Below, piece after piece: positions 1 to 8,474 of a stretch of 64,000 bases of DNA (position 1 is the stretch's first letter; each line of letters starts with the position of its first letter). Below the pieces are notes generated by a model that saw only the letters and a program-made list of their open reading frames with translations, searched no databases and had not been told where the DNA came from. Source of the stretch: an uncultured bacterium (lineage in GTDB: Bacteria; Babelota; Babeliae; Babelales; Vermiphilaceae); contig OY970212.1 of NCBI GenBank assembly GCA_963713925.1, positions 672,001 to 736,000 of the forward strand, written 5' to 3'. The position numbers and the translations under genes were made by a program.

Positions 1-42
1 ATTTGAAGCCGTTTTTTAAGAGCTGATTTTTTTGGAGGTTTC

Positions 43-1056
43 ATGAATAAGCTAGTTAAATATATATTTTTTTCTTGTTTCGTAACAAACATTCCTGCGC
101 ATGCTTTTTGGCATGAGGTTCAGCGTGGAGTTGCAGAGTTGCAATCGAAACGGCTTAGAGATGAAGTAGCTCAATCAGATTCATTTACTATGACAATACA
201 TCGCGTCTCTAAACCGATAGAGCAATGGGTTACACAAGCAGTGAATTCTTTCGGTGTCTCGGGAAATATTGATACATATGTTGATTCAACTGCTGAGTTT
301 GCGTCAGCTCATGGAGCCAGGTCTGTTCGTGTGAGTCCTAATATAGCATCATTCATTGCGCTTGATGCAGCAAAACAAAATAATCCAAAATTGTGGTACC
401 CATGGTCCAAAAAAAGCAACATTCAATGCATAGACCATAATAATCGAGACTTATCTTCATCTCATCTGTTTTTTCAAAGCAACCAATTTAAATCGGCATT
501 TAGTAAAAAATATCTCGTCAAATTTGGAGATATTGATCAGCGATCACTGATACGTGGTATCCTTGCGCATGAAGCAGGCCATTTAAAACATTATGATTCA
601 GCGTCGATTTTGCTCACGGTTGCGCAAAGCTTAACAGGGGGAACCATAGCCCTTATTAAATTAGGGGTTTTGATAGTGGGAGGAAGCTTTGTGACCGGGA
701 TTGGAGCAACGAAATGTATGGAAAGTAAAGATGATAAAGTACAAATCGGAGCTGTGGGAGCGATTTTGGGCGCTATGACTGGGTTTGGTATAGCTGAGGT
801 CTCATCAGGCCTTTGTAATTTGAAATTGAAAGCTACTGAGCGCGCTGCTGATGCAAATGTTCCGAACGATCCTGAACTTCTTTTTGCAAACTATCAATGG
901 CTTAATCAAAATCCTTCTAACGCAGAGGATCGGGATTACCGAAAAGTCGGTGGTTTTTTTGATTTAAGTAATCATCCATCAGATCAAGAACGAGCTGCAT
1001 ATTTCAAAAAGCGATATGAAGAGTATATGAAGAATAATTCTGCAGAATCAAAATAA
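43..1056 (+). CDS. M48/HtpX-like zinc metallopeptidase, secreted or membrane-bound
   Basis: LAHEAGH (HExxH), downstream ERAAD and HPSDQER motifs typical of M48; signal peptide and hydrophobic segments. Confidence 0.75.
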   Translation: MNKLVKYIFFSCFVTNIPAHAFWHEVQRGVAELQSKRLRDEVAQSDSFTMTIHRVSKPIEQWVTQAVNSFGVSGNIDTYVDSTAEFASAHGARSVRVSPNIASFIALDAAKQNNPKLWYPWSKKSNIQCIDHNNRDLSSSHLFFQSNQFKSAFSKKYLVKFGDIDQRSLIRGILAHEAGHLKHYDSASILLTVAQSLTGGTIALIKLGVLIVGGSFVTGIGATKCMESKDDKVQIGAVGAILGAMTGFGIAEVSSGLCNLKLKATERAADANVPNDPELLFANYQWLNQNPSNAEDRDYRKVGGFFDLSNHPSDQERAAYFKKRYEEYMKNNSAESK

Positions 1057-1077
1057 TTCGATTTCAAAGTTAATGTA

Positions 1078-1121
1078 AAAAAACTTTTAAGTCTCTATAA
1101 AACGGGACTTAAAAGTTTTTT
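1078..1121. terminator. Bidirectional intrinsic terminator-like hairpin
   Basis: aaaaaacttttaagtctc...gggacttaaaagtttttt inverted repeat after the stop codon. Confidence 0.55.
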
Positions 1122-1174
1122 ACGTTATGATACCATTAATGCATCGTATTACAATGTAAAAAAAGGTATTTCTT

Positions 1175-1939
1175 GTGTTATTCATAATCCTAATCGCCTT
1201 TATGGCATGTGGCGGAGCGAATGCAATTAGTAGAGAAGATGTTGTTGAGCAGGAATGCGTTAAGGCATATGAGAGTGCCAAAAGCATGTCTCGCACGAAC
1301 AAACTACAGCGTGGTGCGATTGTGCTAACGGTGAGCGGAAGCATCTTGTATCTTGCGTATCGCGTTTTGAACCATAAATCTGAAACTGATCGAGAAACCG
1401 GGACGCTGTTGCATCCATCATTTGCAACTTTAGGGTGGTGGTATAAAATTGGCGTTTTATCGCGAGATCTTTTTATCGCTATGGCCTGTGCTGATGGCGG
1501 CATTATGTGCGCGCGCAGCTTTCTGAAATCTTTTTTTCATTCGGGCGATTTGCAATGGTTTGTTACGACGCATGCGAACATATATGAAACCTACAAACAG
1601 CTTGAAAGATTAAGAGGGAAAGAGGGCGATTACATTGAGAGCATGCGCTGTATGTATGCACAAGCACTATTTAAAGAACTAGTCGCTATTGATGGCTTTA
1701 TTCGATACAAAATAGAGCAACTGTATAAGCAGGGAGATCGATATGCACAACAGCTTGAAACTCGATTGAAGCGAAGCATCACGCATATATTATATATGAT
1801 TTCTGACCAGCAAGTGCGTGATATTTCAAAAGAATGGGAATTTATTGATTCAGTGTGCATCAATTTTGCTCAATGGGAATATTATCAAATGGCATCGTTA
1901 GAAGACCGTGGCCCATCGTCTCATTTATGGATGGAATGA
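1175..1939 (+). CDS. Hypothetical secreted/membrane protein (start uncertain)
   Basis: 254-aa ORF with hydrophobic N-terminus; the in-frame ATG at 1154 is followed directly by TAA. Confidence 0.6.
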   Translation: MLFIILIAFMACGGANAISREDVVEQECVKAYESAKSMSRTNKLQRGAIVLTVSGSILYLAYRVLNHKSETDRETGTLLHPSFATLGWWYKIGVLSRDLFIAMACADGGIMCARSFLKSFFHSGDLQWFVTTHANIYETYKQLERLRGKEGDYIESMRCMYAQALFKELVAIDGFIRYKIEQLYKQGDRYAQQLETRLKRSITHILYMISDQQVRDISKEWEFIDSVCINFAQWEYYQMASLEDRGPSSHLWME

Positions 1940-1942
1940 AAA

Positions 1943-2332
1943 ATGAACAAGACAGATTCTCTGCAAGCGCTTGTTACGCGTATTGACACATTTATGAAAG
2001 AGCGCACGTGGCGAGCGTTTCATGATCAACAAAGCATGCTCATGGCTTTATCGGTGGAAGTCGGTGAACTTATGGAGCATTTTTTGTGGCATAAAAAAGA
2101 AGATTTGCCGCGTGTGATGCGCGACAAGAAAGAACTGATTTCGCACGAATTTGCTGATGTATTTGTTGCATTGATAGAATTCGCACTGATTAGTGATATT
2201 TCTATAGAGCAATCGGTTGAGCAAAAGCTTGCCATTTTAGAGAAAAGATACCCTGCGAAAGAAGTATCAGATATGAACCCTGATCAGTTGCGTTCTTATA
2301 AAGAAAAAAGAAAAAAAGACGGATACAAATAA
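1943..2332 (+). CDS. MazG-like nucleotide pyrophosphohydrolase (dCTPase type)
   Basis: ERTWRAFH, EVGELMEHF and HEFADV motifs; KL...KRYP tail. Confidence 0.85.
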   Translation: MNKTDSLQALVTRIDTFMKERTWRAFHDQQSMLMALSVEVGELMEHFLWHKKEDLPRVMRDKKELISHEFADVFVALIEFALISDISIEQSVEQKLAILEKRYPAKEVSDMNPDQLRSYKEKRKKDGYK

Positions 2333-2336
2333 GGAG

Positions 2337-2558
2337 GTTCGAATGGTTCGACTTCACTACGTTTTAACCCCAATCTACGCTACGCTACGATCGGAGACCC
2401 CGTTACGCTCACCACGAACGCGGTTTAGTCTCCATTTGTTTGATATTGATCAAAATCCGTGCAGGCAATTTCCGAGAAAAAACGAATTTTCTCTAGGGAA
2501 TATGCGATAATCCCTCCGTTCGTGGTGAGCGGAGTGCAACGAGTCGAACCATTCGAAC
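2337..2558. repeat. Inverted pair of family A REP-like elements (CGTTCGTGGTGAGC...GTCGAACCATTCGAAC); the first copy carries a nested family B hairpin
   Basis: 2337-2420 is the reverse complement of 2517-2558 apart from its loop insert; same motif at 28.4 kb and 54.3-54.6 kb. Confidence 0.8.
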
Positions 2559-2606
2559 GTACGAAAAAGATGTTGAATCTTGAGAAATATTTTAAAATAG
2601 GATCAC

Positions 2607-5195
2607 ATGCTCGAACAATTGCAACAAGCTGAATACACGCCCTTAATGAAGCAGTATTTTCAGATTAAAAATGAGTTTCCCGATGCGCTTCTTTTTTTCC
2701 AAGTCGGTGATTTTTATGAGCTCTTTTTTCAAGACGCAGTCACCGCATCTTCGTTTCTGGGCATCGCGCTCACCAAACGTGGAAAAATAAATGGCGAACC
2801 GATTCCTTTGTGCGGTGTGCCGATTCATGCATTAGATCATTATTTGACCAAACTTGTTAAAGCGGGATATAAAATTGCACTGTGTGACCAGCTTGAGCCG
2901 GCGGTTGCCGGAAAGGTGGTTTCCCGCGGCGTTACGAAAGTTTTGACTCCCGCGACAGTAACGCAAGATACATTGCTTGATGCAAAAAGTGCTTCCTATT
3001 TGCTTTCATGCGCGACTGAGAATGGTCAGTGTGCACTGGTGTTCGCAGAACTGCTTACCGCGCAATTATATGCGACAGCCATTCCGGTTGATCAATTGAA
3101 GACGATTGAAGCAGAACTTTCCCGCTTTTTCCCCAGTGAAGTGGTGATTGATCAGAATGATCAATCAGATTTGAAATCATACTTTAAACGCATGGGATAT
3201 TTTGTATCAACCGTCGACAAGGCGACTGTCGATGAGCAGAAATCAGATGGATGGAAGACGCAATTAAAAGGCGTTTCCAATGATCTTTCAATCGAACGTA
3301 AAAATGCGTTTGATGTCGCTCTTTCCGCTTTTTATGCTTACATGAGCAAAAATCAACAAAGCGCGATTGATCAATTTCGCCTCATTAATTGGTACGAATC
3401 TGATGATTTTCTCATTCTGGATGCACCGACGGTGCGCAATTTAGAGCTTGTGGCAAATAATCATGATGGCAGTAGTAAGAACTCATTGTTCAGTGTTCTT
3501 GACCATGCATGCACCCCAATGGGCTCTCGCATGATCAAAAAATGGATTTTGCGCCCGTTGACTGCTCGTGAACCGATTCTGCAGCGGCAAGCAATTGTGC
3601 AGCAGTATGTTCAAAATTCGCAGTTGTGTGAAGCGACACGAAACGTGTTACTTCATATTGGAGACCTTGAGCGCATTGTCGGACGAATGGCGCTTTATCG
3701 ATCACCACTGTCAGATTATCGATCATTACTTGATATCCTGCGCGTGTTGCCCGAATGTGTGAGCATCACCAAAAGCCTTGAGCATTTGCCACTCATGAAG
3801 GTCATCAGATCATACATCAGTGATTTTGCACAACTGCATGAGCTTCTTGAGCGTGCGATAAATATTGATCCAATGCATGAGTGGATGATTAAAGCGGGAT
3901 TTGATGCGACGCTTGATAGTTATCGTGAACTCATTGCTCATGCACATGAAAAAATTGTTGATCTTGAACGGGCCGAACAGGGGCGGCTTGGCATCAATTC
4001 GCTCAAAATCAGATACAATCAAGTTACGGGTTATAGCATAGAGATTACCAAAACACATCTTGAAAAAATTCCCGATGATTACAAACGATTGCAAACATTA
4101 GTCGGCAAAGAGCGTTACATCACGCCTGCGCTTGCGCAATTGCAGCACGATATTAATGCCGCACGCAATAGCATTGAACAGCTGGAAAAAGAATTATTCG
4201 ACTCAGTCAAGCGATCAGTGGCTGCGCAAAGTTCGCGTCTGCGTAAATGTGCGCATGCATTGGCACATTTGGATGCGCTGATTTCATTTGCTGACTCGGC
4301 ATATCATCAGGGCTATGTGTGTCCGACATTTATTTCTGAAAAAAGGTTTTCAATCGTGGGTGGCAAACATCCACTTCTCTCGCAAACATTGAGCCATAGC
4401 TTTATTGCCAATGACACGGAGCTCGATGCGCTTCAGGCGATTCATATCATCACGGGGCCTAACATGGGCGGTAAATCGACCTATTTGCGCCAAACGGCAC
4501 TCATTGCCATCATGGCACATACGGGTAGTTTTGTGCCGGCATCAAGCTGTGAGCTCTCCTTGATCGATCGTATTTTCACTCGAATTGGCTCAGGGGATAA
4601 CTTGGCACAAGGAAAGAGCACATTCTTGGTTGAGATGGAAGAAACGGCAACGATTTGCACGCAAGCAACAGCCCGCTCGCTGGTGATTCTTGATGAGGTC
4701 GGTCGCGGCACCAGCACCTTTGATGGACTTGCTCTCGCACAAGCGATTGTTGAATTTTTAAGCGAGCGTGCAGTGTCGACATTATTTGCGACACATTATC
4801 ATGAATTAGCACTTTTAGAAAAGACACGCCCGGGCATCGTGAGCTTCCATGCTGCATGCAAAAAAGCTGATAGAGGCATTTTGTTTTTACATAAAATTGT
4901 CAAAGGGGTGGGCGACGGGAGCTTTGGAATTGAAGTTGCCAAACTTGCCAATGTGCCGGAAGCTATTATTGAGCGCGCACAAGAAATTGCGCTGTCGCTA
5001 GAAATGACGCCAACACATTCTTATCAACCGGCACAGCGAGACGTGCCGAATAGCGAATCGGGAATGCATCAAAAAGAATTAGAATCTCGATTGAAAGCTT
5101 ATGAAGACAAGTTGGCAATATTTAATAGTATCAACATTGATGATTTATCCCCACGTCAGGCTTTTGATTTGGTACTAAAAATAAAAGCGATGTAA
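2607..5195 (+). CDS. mutS: DNA mismatch repair protein MutS
   Basis: TPLMKQY, GDFYELF, GPNMGGKST Walker A, DEVGRGTST, ATHYHEL. Confidence 0.98.
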   Translation: MLEQLQQAEYTPLMKQYFQIKNEFPDALLFFQVGDFYELFFQDAVTASSFLGIALTKRGKINGEPIPLCGVPIHALDHYLTKLVKAGYKIALCDQLEPAVAGKVVSRGVTKVLTPATVTQDTLLDAKSASYLLSCATENGQCALVFAELLTAQLYATAIPVDQLKTIEAELSRFFPSEVVIDQNDQSDLKSYFKRMGYFVSTVDKATVDEQKSDGWKTQLKGVSNDLSIERKNAFDVALSAFYAYMSKNQQSAIDQFRLINWYESDDFLILDAPTVRNLELVANNHDGSSKNSLFSVLDHACTPMGSRMIKKWILRPLTAREPILQRQAIVQQYVQNSQLCEATRNVLLHIGDLERIVGRMALYRSPLSDYRSLLDILRVLPECVSITKSLEHLPLMKVIRSYISDFAQLHELLERAINIDPMHEWMIKAGFDATLDSYRELIAHAHEKIVDLERAEQGRLGINSLKIRYNQVTGYSIEITKTHLEKIPDDYKRLQTLVGKERYITPALAQLQHDINAARNSIEQLEKELFDSVKRSVAAQSSRLRKCAHALAHLDALISFADSAYHQGYVCPTFISEKRFSIVGGKHPLLSQTLSHSFIANDTELDALQAIHIITGPNMGGKSTYLRQTALIAIMAHTGSFVPASSCELSLIDRIFTRIGSGDNLAQGKSTFLVEMEETATICTQATARSLVILDEVGRGTSTFDGLALAQAIVEFLSERAVSTLFATHYHELALLEKTRPGIVSFHAACKKADRGILFLHKIVKGVGDGSFGIEVAKLANVPEAIIERAQEIALSLEMTPTHSYQPAQRDVPNSESGMHQKELESRLKAYEDKLAIFNSINIDDLSPRQAFDLVLKIKAM

Positions 5196-5214
5196 TTATT
5201 TTGCAATAATGGTT

Positions 5215-6255
5215 CTAGTGTAGATCTATTTTATGAATAGTTACTCTATTATGGCCGTAATTGCAAACCGCTAAATAGTTCCCGTCAGGAGAAATTGAAA
5301 AGCCATGAGGGAAGCTCAATTGGGCATCCGGATTAGTCAGCGCACATTCCTTATGGAGTATATGACCGGTACTTGAATCAAAAGCATATACCACGATTGA
5401 ATCATTTCCTTGATTTGAGATAAAGATATGAGATCCGTTTGGATGAAATGCAATATTTTCCGGCACATCAAGATCCAAGGATTGAGAATAAAAGACGGGT
5501 TGAGGATTGAGAGATCCGCCCTGAGCATCAAACTTGAACGTTGCAACAGCTGCAATCGTATTGTTAGCAATAGTGCTTGCCCGTAAAGAATAGACTGCTG
5601 CTAGATAACGAGAATCAGGCGAGAAGTCTATGCCTTTGGGTTTCAGGGGATAAAAAACATTTTCCAAAGATGAGCAGAACTCAAAATTATCAGTTCCCTC
5701 TTTCTTTTTACACATATGTATGTAACCGGGTCTATTAATAGTGGTGTATGCCAAGAATTGGCAACTCGGAGAAAATCTAACGCCATGGGTGTTATATTCG
5801 CCATTTATCCCCTGTATAGTTTTTAAAAAATGTAATTGACTATCAGGACTGAGCGAATAGAGGTTTATTTTTGCACGGCTTTCTTTGAGTGGCACGTGAT
5901 CATACAAACTAACAGCATAATATTTTTTATCTTTTGATACATGATCCAGTTCAGGATTACCATTTAGATTTTGCATGACTTGTACAATTTCTGCATGAGA
6001 GCCATTAATGCGATATACATAAATCGATTTATCATAGAGGTTTGAAATAATTAACGTATGTTCGTCAAACCAACTTACACTCGTGCAGGTAGAATATCTT
6101 GATTTGCTTTCTTTAACCTGTAAGCGAAAATCAGAACTAATATTTTCCATCGTGCTGGCGGGCAGAGTGATGGAAAATAATGGTTTGTTATCTATGGTTA
6201 AGCAGTTAATAAAATTACACGCAAACAGGCTTACTATAATCATTTTATTGTTCAT
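5215..6255 (-). CDS. Secreted beta-propeller protein (lactonase/WD40-like)
   Basis: Repeated P(K/H)G.F/ISPD...LA blades; signal peptide. Confidence 0.7.
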   Translation of the reverse strand: MNNKMIIVSLFACNFINCLTIDNKPLFSITLPASTMENISSDFRLQVKESKSRYSTCTSVSWFDEHTLIISNLYDKSIYVYRINGSHAEIVQVMQNLNGNPELDHVSKDKKYYAVSLYDHVPLKESRAKINLYSLSPDSQLHFLKTIQGINGEYNTHGVRFSPSCQFLAYTTINRPGYIHMCKKKEGTDNFEFCSSLENVFYPLKPKGIDFSPDSRYLAAVYSLRASTIANNTIAAVATFKFDAQGGSLNPQPVFYSQSLDLDVPENIAFHPNGSHIFISNQGNDSIVVYAFDSSTGHILHKECALTNPDAQLSFPHGFSISPDGNYLAVCNYGHNRVTIHKIDLH

Positions 6256-6472
6256 ACAATTCTCTTTTTTTAAGCAGATCGTTAAAAAATTTATCTGGCA
6301 TTCGCTTGTTCTCGATCGAATTAGGATTCTTTTCTAAAAATTTTTTAAATGTAACTTCGATTTGAGCATAGCAAACAATTTTTTGAGAGCCAATCCCGTA
6401 TTTTGGATAAGAGCTTATACGAAAATTAAGCTTTCTAGCTAAAAAGTAATTGTGTTAAAAGTCAATTAATTT

Positions 6473-7414
6473 TTAAGCACTACATACTTCGCCCTTTTTC
6501 AAGATAACATTTGCAATGATGATCAGCTTTCGCATTACTGCAACAATAGCTACTTTAAAGCTTTTTTTGTTTGCTATTAGTCGATCATAAAAGGATTTTA
6601 AAGGAGCATAATACTTAATAGTCGTTATAGCACACATATATAATGCATTTCGAGGAATAATCCTACCGCCTTGAATGAACCGTTTGCCTGTATAGTTGCC
6701 ACTTTCTCGATCGTAAGGACAAACTCCGACAAGGGCTGCTATTTCATTATTGCTTACAGATCCAAGTTCAGGCACAAACGAAATCAATATCGCGGCCGAA
6801 GATTTACCGATTCCCGGGATTGATTCCAAAAGCTCTGTCCGTTTCTGCAGTACCGCATCTTGATCAATCAATTCTTCAATTTGTTCATCCAAAGCCTTGA
6901 TCTCTTTATTTAAAAAGAGGATCATTCTTTCGATACTTGAAACACCGAGTGCATGCGAGGGGTGTTTAAGTCGAGTTTTTTCAGTTGCCAAAAATTTGGT
7001 CAAATCCTGCTTTCGATTAACCAAAGATAGCAATGTTTCTTGGTTATGAGTTCTGCTGACTGGCTCATAATCTTGAGAATTCTTCGATGCAAATTCAGCA
7101 ATTTTTTGTGCGTCTATTTTGTCTGTTTTGCTTTTGCAACCAGTTGCGATTATAAAACCCTTTATCCTCCGTGGATCAACTATCCAACAACTATAGGAAT
7201 GTTCCTGTAATACCCGAGTAAGCAATTTTTCGTAACCACCGGTTGCCTCACATGCAATTTGCTTAATACTGTAATTGGATAATTGCTTCACAAACTTTTT
7301 TATTCCGCTTTCTGTATTGGGTATTTTAACCCATTGCTTCAACGGATGAATAAAAATGTCCAAATTGTTCTTTGAAATATCGACGCCGATAAATACTTCT
7401 GGTAGGGTAATCAT
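6473..7414 (-). CDS. IS110 family DEDD recombinase/transposase
   Basis: GVDISK, CEATG, KTDKID (DEDD residues), SIPGIG, and RESG carrying the catalytic Ser. Confidence 0.95.
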   Translation of the reverse strand: MITLPEVFIGVDISKNNLDIFIHPLKQWVKIPNTESGIKKFVKQLSNYSIKQIACEATGGYEKLLTRVLQEHSYSCWIVDPRRIKGFIIATGCKSKTDKIDAQKIAEFASKNSQDYEPVSRTHNQETLLSLVNRKQDLTKFLATEKTRLKHPSHALGVSSIERMILFLNKEIKALDEQIEELIDQDAVLQKRTELLESIPGIGKSSAAILISFVPELGSVSNNEIAALVGVCPYDRESGNYTGKRFIQGGRIIPRNALYMCAITTIKYYAPLKSFYDRLIANKKSFKVAIVAVMRKLIIIANVILKKGEVCSA

Positions 7415-7415
7415 A

Positions 7416-7625
7416 AATACCTCATCCTTGTAAACATTCGAGGTCGTATTAATACGCCTCTAGTAATTGTTCGAGGTAATTTCGTATAAGCTGATAGTCT
7501 CAAACTTTTTAGCAATCGATTACGATTAGGGTTGGCGCGAGCTCTATCAGCTTTTCCCGAGCAACTAATTTGTGAAACAATATACCGATCACAAATTAAT
7601 ACATTATCTATCAAAATTTGAATCA
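7416..7625 (-). ncRNA. IS110 bridge RNA (5' hairpin, target-binding loop, donor-binding loop); ends approximate
   Basis: Three stem-loops; guides at 7535-7528, 7513-7505, 7470-7462 and 7432-7427 match target and donor halves around the CT core. Confidence 0.88.
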
Positions 7626-7771
7626 ATTTTTAACATACAAGGGTTGGTTGTCATGCCGAACTTGTTTCAGCACCAAGGTTAAGTAGATCCTGAAATAAAT
7701 TCAGGATGACGTAACAATAAGGAACTTCTGGGATTTTCGGATAAGCTCTAAAATAAATGGGAAATCAAAGA

Positions 7772-8290
7772 TTATTGCTTATAAGCCACATGTGCTTTTG
7801 AAATCACATCGAGCGCCGTCTTTTTATCATGCCAATCCCTGACTGTGCACGATTTGCCGGCCTCAAGTTGTTTATAGGTAGCAAAGAAGTGCTGAATTTC
7901 TCGTTTAAGCTGCGAGTTAACTTGATCGATGCTCTCTATGTGTCCATAATAGGGATCATCTTGCGCAACTGCCAAAATCTTCCAATCGTGGCCCGCTTCG
8001 TCTTCCATATCAAGTGCGCCGATAGGGCGTGCTTTCAAAACGCAGCCGGGAAATGTTGGCTGGGTAATGAGCACTAAGATATCAACATGATCCCCATCGT
8101 CGGAGCGTGTTTGCGGGATAAATCCATAATCACTCGGATAAAAGAGAGTTGAATGAAGCACGCGGTCAAGATGGATCAATTCGGTATCTTCATTATATTC
8201 ATATTTGTTTCGCGATCCGCGCGGGATTTCAATCACAACGTTGACTGATTCCGGGAATTTATTACCGATGGTGAGTTTTGAAAACGACAT
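7772..8290 (-). CDS. ppa: Inorganic pyrophosphatase, family I
   Basis: EIPRGSRNKYE, YGFIPQT, DGDHVD, D.KILAV motifs. Confidence 0.95.
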   Translation of the reverse strand: MSFSKLTIGNKFPESVNVVIEIPRGSRNKYEYNEDTELIHLDRVLHSTLFYPSDYGFIPQTRSDDGDHVDILVLITQPTFPGCVLKARPIGALDMEDEAGHDWKILAVAQDDPYYGHIESIDQVNSQLKREIQHFFATYKQLEAGKSCTVRDWHDKKTALDVISKAHVAYKQ

Positions 8291-8388
8291 TTTAACTGTC
8301 CCCTTGTTCTTCGACTTGTTAAGCCATAGCCCTTATCGGGCGACGGCGAAAGCCCCCATTTTTAAATGGAGCGAAAGTAGAATTTAAG

Positions 8389-8427
8389 CAAAATCAGGAG
8401 CAGTTTTATCTGCTCCTGATTTTTTTA
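8389..8427 (-). terminator. Intrinsic terminator hairpin
   Basis: aaaatcaggagcag/ctgctcctgatttt perfect stem with T tails. Confidence 0.7.
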
Positions 8428-8474
8428 TAACGATCCAATTTTAATATAAATTATTTGAATTCGGTTCAAATAAT

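Larger units (their letters stand above)
6460..7637 (-). promoter_or_regulatory. Split sigma70 promoter formed at the IS circle junction
   Basis: -35 TTGACT (6465-6460) and -10 TATGTT (7637-7632) become 17 bp apart when the ends join at CT. Confidence 0.75.
6445..7641 (-). mobile_element. IS110-family insertion sequence, complete, CT core at both ends
   Basis: Boundaries set by comparison with the empty MITE at 58.9 kb; CT core on the minus strand at 7641-7640 and 6446-6445; subterminal IR tgttaaaa/ttttaaca. Confidence 0.9.
6411..7748. mobile_element. MITE (about 140 bp, TIR GAGCTTATMCGAAAAT, TAA duplication) interrupted by IS110
   Basis: TIRs at 6411-6426 and 7733-7748, TAA on both sides; removing the IS gives a near-copy of 58877-59016. 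Confidence 0.85.

Noticed and set aside
7411..7626. 71-aa ORF upstream of the IS110 transposase
   Set aside because: It coincides with the structured bridge RNA and has no protein features.
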